Counted from the first letter of the stretch, positions 38,323-47,394 are shown. The stretch is DNA of 64,000 bases from an uncultured Clostridia bacterium (GCA_934772045.1 CAKVMH010000001.1:234066-298065), one strand, 5' to 3'. A program made the numbers and translations. Notes: generated by a model from the letters alone, not told the origin.

Positions 38323-39465
38323 TTACGCCACAATTTCTTTAAAATAGTCCCAAATTGAAGGTTCGTCAATTGTTTCATTTGAGCGTAAGTTGATTGTTTC
38401 CGTCACAACGCCGTCAATCACAATTTCAACATTGCCAACAACATCACCTTTTTTAACGCTTTTAAGCTTGTTTGGCAAATTAAAGTTCAATGTTGCGTTC
38501 ACATCTTCCCCTTTTTTTGCCACAACAGTGTAGTCATGTTCAGGGTAAAGTGTGCAAACCTTGTCACTACCTTTAATGGCAATTGTTTTATTCGCCATGT
38601 CTTTTGCACTTAAAATGGTTTTACTTTCAAAATTGTCAAAACCATAATTTAACAAATCGCTTGCAATTTTAAAGCGGTTAGGGCTGGTGTCTGCACCCAA
38701 AACACACGAAACTAATTCCATGTCAGCCCTGCGCGCGCCAACTGCCAAACAATATTTTGCTTCGTTGGTCGAGCCTGTTTTTCCGCCCATGCAACCATCG
38801 TAAAAGCGTGAAAGTTTGTTTGTGTTTGTCATTTGAGTTGTGCGTCCGCTTGGGTGCACAAATTCTTCATTCCAAATTGATGAATATTGATGATAAACAT
38901 CATAGTCAAGCACGCGGTTCATAAGCACTGCTTGGTCGTAAGCGCTTGAATAACCTTCTGGTGCAGGCAAACCTGTGCAGTTTACATAATTTGTGTCCTG
39001 CATGTTAAGTTCTTTTGCTTTTGTGTTCATCATGCGGACAAAATTGTTTTCACTGCCGGCAATGTGTTCAGCAAGTGCAACACTGCTGTCGTTCGCACTG
39101 CAAACAATAACCGACTTTAATAAATCGCCCAATTTGTATTCGGTGTCCGCGTCCAAAAATATTTGGCTTCCACCCATGCCACTTGCAGTTTTGCTTACCA
39201 TAACATCGTCGGTTAAGGTAAACTCATTGTTGTCAATGCCTTCTAGTGTAATAAGAACAGTCATAAGTTTTGTGACACTTGCAATAGGGTATTTTTGGTG
39301 GCTGTTGTGTTCTGCCAAAACTTTGTTGGACTTACGCTCAATAAGCACACTTGCTCGGCATGGTTCGGCTGGTGTTGCCCACACTGGTTTAATTGGCTTT
39401 ATGCTGGCAATACAGCCAATGCTTGCCAACGCCAAAATGGAACTTAAAATTGTTTTTCTTTGCAT
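38323..39465 (-). CDS. D-alanyl-D-alanine carboxypeptidase (S11, PBP5-like)
   Basis: Signal peptide; SVTKLMT (SxxK), SAND (SxN), KTGST (KTG). Confidence 0.85.
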   Translation of the reverse strand: MQRKTILSSILALASIGCIASIKPIKPVWATPAEPCRASVLIERKSNKVLAEHNSHQKYPIASVTKLMTVLITLEGIDNNEFTLTDDVMVSKTASGMGGSQIFLDADTEYKLGDLLKSVIVCSANDSSVALAEHIAGSENNFVRMMNTKAKELNMQDTNYVNCTGLPAPEGYSSAYDQAVLMNRVLDYDVYHQYSSIWNEEFVHPSGRTTQMTNTNKLSRFYDGCMGGKTGSTNEAKYCLAVGARRADMELVSCVLGADTSPNRFKIASDLLNYGFDNFESKTILSAKDMANKTIAIKGSDKVCTLYPEHDYTVVAKKGEDVNATLNFNLPNKLKSVKKGDVVGNVEIVIDGVVTETINLRSNETIDEPSIWDYFKEIVA

Positions 39466-39630
39466 AATAACTCCTTCGTTGCCTTAGTTTTTGTAAACAT
39501 GCAAAAATTATACAAACAAAAAATTTCTAGTTATTCACTAGAAAATTTAAAGGTTTTAAAAATAAACCAACTTACTTCGCTTTAGTTCGTAAATATGTTT
39601 TATTGTGAATTACAATAAAAAAGTTGAGGG

Positions 39631-40557
39631 TTACTCAACTTTCGCGCCACAACTTGGGCATTTATTTTCATCTTTATTTACAATTGTACCGCAGTAAGTA
39701 CAATGCCTTGCATTTGGGTTCAAGTTTTGTGCTGGTGTGGCAGTTTGTGTTTCAACTGTTGCACTGGCTGTTTCTTTTGATTTTAAAACAATCACCACAT
39801 CAACGGCAATGCCAATCACAATAATTATGATTGAAATGCTTATAATCACTGGACCAGTTTTGCAATTCTTGACAGCGTTGACATATTCGCCATCACGGTT
39901 GATGTCCATACCTAAATAATCGAATGGGATAGAGTCTGTGTCACGATTAATTTGGTTTTTTGAATTGCTTATGGCAAGCAAAATGTCGTTGCCGGCAATA
40001 TATGAATTTTCAATAAGTTCTTCGTTTGTGTAAACTGAAAAACTGTAGCCCAGCACCCAATTTCCTTCCAAATCGTCATCGCGTTTGTCGTCTAAATAAT
40101 CTTGATACATGGTTGAACTGTAAGAATAATCAATTGGGAAAGCATAAGTTATGTAGTACTTATCGCAGTTGTCACTTTGGAAACTGTCGGTTATCACACC
40201 ATGGATTTTGTAATCGCTGTTGCTTACAGCATATTCAATCATGGCTTGATAGCGGTTGTAATCTGAAATGATTTTTTTCTTACTCTTATTCCCACCACTT
40301 GTCATAAGCACACCAGCAAAAAGGGTAAAGGCACAGATAAGCACCAGCACAATAACAGCAAAGAAACCCATTTTGCGTTTGCCTTCAACCACATATCGCT
40401 TGTTGCCAAACACAAAAATTTGTGGGCCATAAAAAACCCTTGTTGAATTTGTTGAACTTGATTTGTTGCCAGACGAACCAAAATGGCTCCCACCAAAACT
40501 GCTTCCACCGCCGAAATGGCTACCACCACCGCCTGAACTATGTGAACCTGATGGCAT
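39631..40557 (-). CDS. Hypothetical two-TM protein with a Gly/Ser/His-rich N-terminus and a C-terminal zinc ribbon
   Basis: MPSGSHSSGGGGSHFGGGSSFGGSHFGSSG..., two TM segments flanking a ~170-aa domain, C-terminal CTYCG...CPSCG. AAAGGAG SD before the ATG at 40557. Confidence 0.5.
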   Translation of the reverse strand: MPSGSHSSGGGGSHFGGGSSFGGSHFGSSGNKSSSTNSTRVFYGPQIFVFGNKRYVVEGKRKMGFFAVIVLVLICAFTLFAGVLMTSGGNKSKKKIISDYNRYQAMIEYAVSNSDYKIHGVITDSFQSDNCDKYYITYAFPIDYSYSSTMYQDYLDDKRDDDLEGNWVLGYSFSVYTNEELIENSYIAGNDILLAISNSKNQINRDTDSIPFDYLGMDINRDGEYVNAVKNCKTGPVIISISIIIIVIGIAVDVVIVLKSKETASATVETQTATPAQNLNPNARHCTYCGTIVNKDENKCPSCGAKVE

Positions 40558-40663
40558 AATACGCTCCTTTATAAAATTAAGCATAAACAACTTTAAAAAA
40601 ATTGTCAAATGATGTTAAATGAAATTTGTTTGTATTTTGTGTGTTTCATGTTATAATAACTAT

Positions 40664-41389
40664 ATGCAACCAGCAGGGCAAAAAGGCAAAAATTTTATTT
40701 CAAAGTTAGTAAGCAGTTTGCTAACTATTTTTTGTGTCCTTTTAAGCTTGCTTTCAATTTGCTTTGCTGTGTTCAATTTATATTATAAAAAGACGCGCGT
40801 GCGCGGGTACAGTATGCGCCCAACAATCAACTCGAATGTTTCAAATATGGAGCAGGACGGTGACTATGTTTTCATAAACACACATGCAAGTTTAAAACGT
40901 GACACTGTTGTTGTGGCATATGTCAGTTGGTGGAAAAAGGGTTCAATAATCAAACGTTTGGTTGGCATGCCTGGCGATTGTGTGCAAATTGTGGATAACT
41001 CAGCAACTTATGATTTATGCGTTAATGGTGAACTTATTTATAGCAAAGCAAAACAAGACCAAAACGGCAACATAAATTTAAACGTCAAAAATTATTATGA
41101 AAGGAAATACCTTAAATTTATTTCCAACAGCACAATCAGCAATTCAGGGGAAAACATTGACCACACTTTAAACATCGGCAGTTTCAATGGCAAACCTTGC
41201 ATTAAATTAAATGAGGGCGAATACTTTTTGGTTGGCGACAATTGGACGGACACAATGGTGGACAGCATGACACATGGTCCGGTCGACAAGCAATCAATTG
41301 TTGGCGTTGTGGAATACATCATTGATGTTAACGACAACTATGTTTGGGAATGTTTGAAACAAATTTTTAAAATTTTGTTTACAGTTTAA
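40664..41389 (+). CDS. lepB: Signal peptidase I
   Basis: GYSMRPT (catalytic Ser), KRLVGMPGD (Lys box), GDNW...DS. The ATG at 40664 lies 6 nt after TGTTATAAT. Confidence 0.85.
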   Translation: MQPAGQKGKNFISKLVSSLLTIFCVLLSLLSICFAVFNLYYKKTRVRGYSMRPTINSNVSNMEQDGDYVFINTHASLKRDTVVVAYVSWWKKGSIIKRLVGMPGDCVQIVDNSATYDLCVNGELIYSKAKQDQNGNINLNVKNYYERKYLKFISNSTISNSGENIDHTLNIGSFNGKPCIKLNEGEYFLVGDNWTDTMVDSMTHGPVDKQSIVGVVEYIIDVNDNYVWECLKQIFKILFTV

Positions 41390-41421
41390 ATTAAATTTAA
41401 ATTTATTTTGGTTAAAGGCAC

Positions 41422-41450
41422 TTGATTTTTATTTTATATTGTGCTACAAT
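41422..41450 (+). promoter_or_regulatory. rpsF operon promoter, followed by a ~160-nt leader
   Basis: TTGATT, 17-nt spacer, extended -10 TGCTACAAT. The leader (41457-41619) contains hairpins such as CCCGCT-ataaa-AGTGGG just before the SD. Confidence 0.6.
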
Positions 41451-41619
41451 GGCGTTGTTAAAGTTTAACAGCGTTTTTTGTTGCAAATTTAATTTCATTT
41501 TAAGTTTACAACTTTAAAACGAAACATGTTAACTTACACATGGTTTTAATGGTCGAAAAAGGTTAAAACCGTGTCCTTGCCCGCTATAAAAGTGGGTCTT
41601 AAGTCCAAAAGGAGGTTTT

Positions 41620-41901
41620 ATGAAGAACTACGAATTGATGTACATCATTCCAAGCCAATCAACTGATGAAGACAAGGAAGCCCTTATCGCTTCAGTTAAT
41701 GGTATGATTGAAAAAGATGGTGGCAAAATTGAATCAGTTGAACGCATCGGTAACAAAAAACTTGCGTACGCAATTGAAAAGAAACGCGAAGGTTTCTATG
41801 TGCTTGTGAATTTCACAGCAGATGCTAACATTCCTAACAAACTTGGTGCATTGCTTTCAATCACAACTGGGATTATGAGATATATTATCGTTGCAAAATA
41901 A
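41620..41901 (+). CDS. rpsF: 30S ribosomal protein S6
   Basis: MKNYELMYII... typical S6 N-terminus; AGGAGG SD. Confidence 0.95.
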   Translation: MKNYELMYIIPSQSTDEDKEALIASVNGMIEKDGGKIESVERIGNKKLAYAIEKKREGFYVLVNFTADANIPNKLGALLSITTGIMRYIIVAK

Positions 41902-41982
41902 TTGTTATTGCAACAAACGTGCTTTTAAGCACAAAAAGTTTTACAAACAAAGTTGCACAAGGCAACTTTTGCAAGGAGAATT

Positions 41983-42402
41983 ATGAACAAAGTATTTTTA
42001 ATTGGTAATTTAACACGTGACCCTGAACTTAGCCAAACACCAACTGGCGTTTCGGTTTGCAGGATGTCAATTGCAGTTAGCCGTAGGTTCAGCAACGCAG
42101 AAGGCGGTAGGGAAACTGATTTTTTCAATGTTACCGCTTGGCGTGGCAATGCTGAAAATTGTGCAAAATTTTTAAAGAAAGGCAATAAAGTTGCCGTTGC
42201 TGGTTCAATCCAGGTTAGGAATTTTGAACGTCAAGATGGCTCAAAAGGCACATCTGTGGATATCGTGGCTGACGAAGTTGAATTTTTGTCTTCCCGCAAT
42301 GACGGTAGTGAATCAAGTTCAACAGAAGGTGGCATGGGTGTTGGTAGCACAGGCCCTGTTAGTGACCTTCAACCAATCAGCGATGACGATTTACCATTTT
42401 AA
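41983..42402 (+). CDS. ssb: Single-stranded DNA-binding protein
   Basis: MNKVFLIGNLTRDPEL OB fold; C-terminal acidic tip DDDLPF; AAGGAG SD. Confidence 0.95.
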   Translation: MNKVFLIGNLTRDPELSQTPTGVSVCRMSIAVSRRFSNAEGGRETDFFNVTAWRGNAENCAKFLKKGNKVAVAGSIQVRNFERQDGSKGTSVDIVADEVEFLSSRNDGSESSSTEGGMGVGSTGPVSDLQPISDDDLPF

Positions 42403-42428
42403 TTAAAATTTTATAAAAGGAGCATATT

Positions 42429-42728
42429 ATGGCAGAAGAATTAGAAGTTAAAGAAGCACAAACTGAACAAGTTAAGCCACAAGTTGAAAAGAAAAAAGTT
42501 TTCAAACCACACAACAGGCCTAAAAAACGCGTTTGTGCTTTCTGTGATGATAAAAATTTAAAGTTTATCGACTACAAGGATGTTAATCGTCTTCGTAAGT
42601 TCGTTACAGAAAAGGGTAAAATTATCCCTAGCCGTCAAACAGGCACATGTGCACGTCATCAACGTGAATTGACCGTTGCAATTAAACGCGCGCGCAACAT
42701 TGCTTTGTTACCATTCAGCGGTGACTAA
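42429..42728 (+). CDS. rpsR: 30S ribosomal protein S18
   Basis: CAFCDDK...IDYKD...[18 protein letters not shown]...ARHQRELT. Confidence 0.95.
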   Translation: MAEELEVKEAQTEQVKPQVEKKKVFKPHNRPKKRVCAFCDDKNLKFIDYKDVNRLRKFVTEKGKIIPSRQTGTCARHQRELTVAIKRARNIALLPFSGD

Positions 42729-42737
42729 TAAAAAGAT

Positions 42738-42761
42738 AAGATGCAGTTATGCATCTTTTTT
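42738..42761 (+). terminator. Rho-independent terminator of rpsF-ssb-rpsR
   Basis: AAGATGCA-gtta-TGCATCTT plus T-run. Confidence 0.75.
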
Positions 42762-42919
42762 CTTTGCAATTAATCAAACAAAAAGCAGATAAAAATTTAA
42801 CATCAAATTACAACATCAAGTTTAAAAGTGCTTCAGAACTAAAAAAATTTTAATTAAATTTATTTGGTTTATTGACAAAAATTTTAAAAGTGTTAATATG
42901 TAATCGTTAAGGAGAAATT

Positions 42920-43243
42920 ATGGAAAATAACAACAATGAACTAGATTACAAACAGGTTAAATTTATTAAAAATTTTTTAACTGATGAACGCATCGCAAGG
43001 TTAAATGAATTGATGCGTGACAGTCGCAATAAAAGTTTGGTGGCACAATACAACAACTATGATGAAGTTAGTTTGTATAAAAAAGCAAGGCATTTTTTAG
43101 ACGAAATCAAGTATGAAAACCTTGAAGGTAGCGAAAAACAAGAAGTTGAAGATAGGGCACTTATTATCTTTGCAAGCATGCATCCATACGTACATATGAA
43201 ACAGAAAGTGTTGCAGGTTGAAGAATTATCCCCAACACTTTAA
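42920..43243 (+). CDS. Hypothetical protein (107 aa)
   Basis: AAGGAGA SD; helical, charged; no recognisable domain. Confidence 0.5.
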   Translation: MENNNNELDYKQVKFIKNFLTDERIARLNELMRDSRNKSLVAQYNNYDEVSLYKKARHFLDEIKYENLEGSEKQEVEDRALIIFASMHPYVHMKQKVLQVEELSPTL

Positions 43244-43393
43244 TCAATTGTCAACATCGACATTTGATAATTTGAATTGCAAAACAAAAATACACTCTAG
43301 TTTAATGAGTGTATTTTTTTGTACACAAATTGTTACTTTGAATTAGTCTTGTAAGCTATTCTGAGCTTTAATAAATGCCTCATTTCAATACAT

Positions 43394-43509
43394 GTCATTC
43401 TGAGCAAGCGTTGCGAAGCGAAGAATCTTGCAAGGCTTGCCTTGCTTTTAAACAAAAGGCATCAAAAGCACTTCGTGCAAGACCCTTCACATTCGTTCAG
43501 GGTGACATA
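43394..43509. repeat. Inverted pair of REP-like units (GTCAYYCTGAG family)
   Basis: Left arm GTCATTCTGAGCAAGCGTTGCGAAGCGAAGAATCTTGCAAGG. The right arm is the reverse complement of ATGTCACCCTGAACGAATGTGAAGGGTCTTGCACGAAGTGCTTTT. Degenerate units at 43351-43366, 43520-43532 and 43543-43554. Confidence 0.75.
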
Positions 43510-43632
43510 TGGTGTTGCACGCTTAAGCTGACGATTGAATATGTTCAGAGTAACTTATAAATCATGTCTACACATCAAAGGATTGTCTTAAACAATCCTT
43601 TTTTCAGAACAAATTAAGAACTGCAAAAGCAA

Positions 43633-44745
43633 TTATTCGACTTGTTTTGCATGCGATTTGCGCAAATATTCATTTATAAAAGGTGTCAATTCTCCGTCCA
43701 TAACGCCCGCCACATCGCTTGTTTCGTAGTCGGTGCGGTGGTCCTTAACCATGGTGTAAGGTTGGAAAACATAACTCCTAATTTGGCTTCCCCACTCAAT
43801 GCGCTTTAAATCGCCCTTAATTTCATTTAAATTTTGGCGGTGTTTTTCTTCTTCCATGGCAACAAGTTTACTTGTTAAAATTTTCATTGCATTTTCGCGG
43901 TTTTGCAGTTGGCTACGCTCGTTTTGGCAAGTTACCACAAGCCCAGTTGGAATATGTGTTATTCGCACAGCTGTTTCCACTTTATTCACATTTTGTCCGC
44001 CAGCGCCACCGCTTCGGTATGTGTCTATTTTAAGGTCTTCATTCCTTAGTTTTACTTCGGTGTCCTTAGTTATGCTTGGCACAACTTCAACCGACGCAAA
44101 ACTTGTGTGCCTTCTTTTATTGCTGTCGAATGGGCTGATGCGCACCAAACGATGTACACCCATTTCGCCTTTCAATTTGCCGTAAGCATATTCGCCTTTT
44201 ATCCACAACACAATGCTTTTTAAACCTGCGTCGTTGCCTTCAAGTTTGTCCACAATTGAAAACTCAAATCCATTCTTTTGTGCATACATTTTATACATTC
44301 TTGCAAGCATAACAACCCAGTCTTGTGCTTCTGTGCCACCAGCGCCTGAGTGTATTGTTAAAATTGCATCGCTGTTGTCGTACTTTTCGTCCAACAAAGT
44401 GCGGACATTTAATTCGTCCACTTTGTTTTTAATCTCTAACATTTCACCAAACGCCAAGTTTAGCATTTCAATGTCAGTTTCATTTTCAAGCCCTTTCACT
44501 GTGGCAATAAGGTTGGTTATTTGCTCTTGCAAAAATTGAACCTGGTTAAACAAGTCCTGCAACGATTTTATTTCCTTATTTGTTTGCATGGCGTAATCTA
44601 AATTATTCCAAAAGTTAAGTGATTCACGCTCTTTCATCAAACTGGTAAGGCGCGCACTTAAACTATCTAGGTGCAAACAGCTTTTTGTCAGTTCAAACTT
44701 ATCCACTAAATTTGAAAGTTCTTCCCCAATGTTTTCGATATTCAT
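43633..44745 (-). CDS. prfB: Peptide chain release factor 2, uninterrupted (no programmed frameshift)
   Basis: SPF and GGQ motifs. The start MNIENIG (ATG at 44745) lies 6 nt after TGGTATAAT, with TTGATT 17 nt upstream of the -10 hexamer. Confidence 0.9.
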   Translation of the reverse strand: MNIENIGEELSNLVDKFELTKSCLHLDSLSARLTSLMKERESLNFWNNLDYAMQTNKEIKSLQDLFNQVQFLQEQITNLIATVKGLENETDIEMLNLAFGEMLEIKNKVDELNVRTLLDEKYDNSDAILTIHSGAGGTEAQDWVVMLARMYKMYAQKNGFEFSIVDKLEGNDAGLKSIVLWIKGEYAYGKLKGEMGVHRLVRISPFDSNKRRHTSFASVEVVPSITKDTEVKLRNEDLKIDTYRSGGAGGQNVNKVETAVRITHIPTGLVVTCQNERSQLQNRENAMKILTSKLVAMEEEKHRQNLNEIKGDLKRIEWGSQIRSYVFQPYTMVKDHRTDYETSDVAGVMDGELTPFINEYLRKSHAKQVE

Positions 44746-44900
44746 ATTTTTATTATACCAAAACAAAATGCAATAATCAAATAAATTTTGTTGTCAAGGT
44801 TTTCTTTAGAATAGTTAAAACCGCTTTACTCCAACAAAATTTAGCCTAAATGTTGGTAAAATGTTGTGTATTTAGTTTCCGTTTGTTGTATAATAAGAGC

Positions 44901-45941
44901 ATGAAAAAAGAATTAAAAGTTTTAGCGATAGAATCTAGTTGCGACGAAACAAGTTGTGCAGTTGTTGTGGACGGAAGGAAATGTTTGTCTAACATCATTT
45001 CAAGCCAAATTGACATACACACCTTGTTTGGCGGGGTTGTGCCAGAAGTTGCCAGCCGTAACCACATCATGGCAATCGACAATGTTGTTAAGTTGGCGTT
45101 AGATAAGGCAAATGTCACCATCGCAGACATTGACGTCATTGCTGTCACATATGGCGCAGGGCTGATTGGCTCGCTTTTGGTTGGTGTAAGTTATGCAAAA
45201 GCACTTGCCTATGCTTCACATAAACCGCTTGTCGCAGTCAACCACATTTATGGGCACATAGCAGGCAATTACCTTTCAAACCCCGATTTAGAGCCACCTT
45301 TTGTTTGCTTAATTGTGAGCGGTGGGCATACAGCAATTGTTAAAGTAGAAGATTACAATCACCACACCCTTATAGGTTCAACTTTGGACGACGCAGTGGG
45401 CGAATGCTTTGACAAGGTGGCAAGAGTGCTTGGGCTAGGCTACCCAGGCGGGCCAAAGGTTAGCACTTTGGCACTTGAAGGCAAACCAAACATTCAATTT
45501 GCAAAACCTAACGACAGTTTGGGTTACAATTTCAGTTTCAGTGGCAAAAAAACTGCGGTTATTAACTATATACATAAACTGGAACAAGCCGGCAAACCCG
45601 TTCCCAAAGCAGATATTTGCGCAAGTTTTGAACATTGGGCAGTTGATGAGTTGGTGGAAAAAACAATCCGCGCATGCAAGGAATTTGGCATTAAAAAATT
45701 GGCAGTTGCTGGCGGTGTAAGTGCTAACCGCTATTTGCGCGAACAACTTAAAACCCAGGCACAAGCAAACGAAATTGAATGTTTTATGCCAGAAATGCAA
45801 TATTGTACAGACAACGCTGGCATGATTGGTTCAGCAGGTTACTATGCGTATAAAGAAAACATCGGCATTGCAGATTTAAGTTTGGCACCAAACCCAAGCT
45901 TAAGTTTGGATGACTATTTATTGAAGAAAGATACAAAATAA
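44901..45941 (+). CDS. tsaD: tRNA N6-adenosine threonylcarbamoyltransferase TsaD
   Basis: VLAIESSCDETS, GGHT and VAGGVSAN. The ATG at 44901 lies 6 nt after TATAAT. Confidence 0.9.
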   Translation: MKKELKVLAIESSCDETSCAVVVDGRKCLSNIISSQIDIHTLFGGVVPEVASRNHIMAIDNVVKLALDKANVTIADIDVIAVTYGAGLIGSLLVGVSYAKALAYASHKPLVAVNHIYGHIAGNYLSNPDLEPPFVCLIVSGGHTAIVKVEDYNHHTLIGSTLDDAVGECFDKVARVLGLGYPGGPKVSTLALEGKPNIQFAKPNDSLGYNFSFSGKKTAVINYIHKLEQAGKPVPKADICASFEHWAVDELVEKTIRACKEFGIKKLAVAGGVSANRYLREQLKTQAQANEIECFMPEMQYCTDNAGMIGSAGYYAYKENIGIADLSLAPNPSLSLDDYLLKKDTK

Positions 45942-46182
45942 ATTAACCTTAAGTGCGGTGTTTTAATTTTGTATTCAAGCAAACTTTTGCAAAACTAAAG
46001 TAAACACCTTAAACGACACCCCAAAAAATTTGTTGAAATTTGTAAAAAAATGAATTGTAAATTTTGACATTTTAATTTATAATTAATAAAAATATATTCG
46101 TGTTAAAAATTTAGCACTTTGAAAAGTTAATTTTCATTAACACAAAGGAAAAAGAAAAAATACAAATTACAAAGGAGGCATT

Positions 46183-46977
46183 ATGTTCTACGACAATTTC
46201 ACAAGCGACCAGATTTGTGGCATTTTCACCAAATGGCATTTTGTGGCGATAGGCGTTTTTGTTGTCACAATGATTATTGCTTTGTATTTGTCACGCAACT
46301 TCACGCAAGAAAAGGTTAGAAAAATGCTTGTTTTCAATGCCATTCTTGTGACTATTATGGAGTTAATTAAAATTGTAATCCGCCTAATCCGCGGTACAAA
46401 CATTAATGGTTGGGTTCCACTTTACTTTTGCAGTTTGTTTATATTTGCTTCATTGTTTGGCATTTGTAAAAATAAGTTTATTAGGAACATGGGCTATTGC
46501 TTCATGGTTTGCGGTGGCATCATTGCTTCCGCTTGCTACACAATCTACCCAACAACATCACTTTTGCTTTACCCAATTTGGCACCCAGCGTCATTGCATA
46601 GTTTGTTCTATCACTGGATTATGTTCTACACTGGCGTCATGCTTTTAGTGAAAGGCATCTACACACCAAAAGCGCGTGACTTCGGCTATTATTTTGCGTT
46701 TACAACAATCTTCACTGCTTTAGCGGTTATAATTAACCTTGCAACCGGCTCTAACCTTATGCTTATCAGCCAACCTTTCGGTATTGAAATTTTGCAAGCA
46801 ATGTATGACATCTCACCAATTTTCTATGGGCTTTCTGTGTATATTGCGCAATCGGTTTTGTTGTTTTGGGCAATCTATGGTATATACAAACTTGCATTGT
46901 TAATCATCGGCAAAAGACACAACACTAACAAACCAAACCTTGATGAAGACGAAGAACCACATTTGACTGAAACCTAA
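46183..46977 (+). CDS. Polytopic membrane protein (possibly TIGR02206/YwaF-like)
   Basis: AAAGGAGG SD; about 7 TM segments. The family assignment is from memory only. Confidence 0.5.
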   Translation: MFYDNFTSDQICGIFTKWHFVAIGVFVVTMIIALYLSRNFTQEKVRKMLVFNAILVTIMELIKIVIRLIRGTNINGWVPLYFCSLFIFASLFGICKNKFIRNMGYCFMVCGGIIASACYTIYPTTSLLLYPIWHPASLHSLFYHWIMFYTGVMLLVKGIYTPKARDFGYYFAFTTIFTALAVIINLATGSNLMLISQPFGIEILQAMYDISPIFYGLSVYIAQSVLLFWAIYGIYKLALLIIGKRHNTNKPNLDEDEEPHLTET

Positions 46978-47146
46978 TAAGTTATTTTGAAAATGTAAAA
47001 ACACTTGTTTAATGTAGCAAAAATTGCTAAAATGTAAACAGGTGTTTTTTAAATAATTTTAACTTGCGTATGTAAAGCGGTTAATTGTGGATATAATAAA
47101 ACACAAATTTGCAAAAGTTTTCATACTCGACCATTTATCTTAATAT

Positions 47147-47181
47147 GCGCCAGACGAAAATGGATAGCACAATGGTCTTCG
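47147..47181 (+). pseudogene. 5' fragment of tRNA-Arg(TCG) with duplicated leader
   Basis: ATCTTAATAT-GCGC...ATGGATAGCACAATGGTCTTCG is shared with the intact gene at 47310-47355. Nucleotides 5-13 are replaced by CAGACGAAA. Confidence 0.75.
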
Positions 47182-47183
47182 TT

Positions 47184-47290
47184 TCGTCACAACTCGCTAT
47201 TGAACTAGTTTGCGCGTTACACTTGCAAACTTCGCTTATTAGCGGTTGCTCCTTAACCCCTTCAAAACATTCGTTTTGAGGGGACCCCAG
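47184..47290 (+). repeat. tRNA-linked two-hairpin element, copy D
   Basis: TCGTCACAACTCG...; hairpin 1 GTTTGC/GCAAAC; TTGCTCCT; hairpin 2 CCCTTCAAAAC-attc-GTTTTGAGGGG. Confidence 0.75.
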
Positions 47291-47319
47291 AATGGTTCCT
47301 CGACTATTAATCTTAATAT

Positions 47320-47394
47320 GCGCTCATGGTGTAATGGATAGCACAATGGTCTTCGGAACCATTAGTGAGGGTTCGAATCCTTCTGGGCGCGCCA
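47320..47394 (+). tRNA. tRNA-Arg(TCG), CCA encoded
   Basis: Acceptor GCGCTCA/TGGGCGC, anticodon stem ATGGT/ACCAT with loop CTTCGGA, T-loop TTCGAAT. Confidence 0.9.

Noticed and set aside
43375-43560. 61-aa ORF on the plus strand
   Set aside because: It is built entirely from the inverted REP-like units (GTCATTCTGAGC... and ...CAGGGTGAC), has no SD and has low-complexity composition, so it is a repeat artefact.
47291-47303. A strong inverted anticodon-arm copy at tRNA-Arg(TCG), as seen at the Leu and Arg-ACG loci
   Set aside because: Downgraded. Only AATGGTTC(C) matches, 6 of those nucleotides are ambiguous because the stem is self-complementary, and the following CTCGAC belongs to the duplicated leader.
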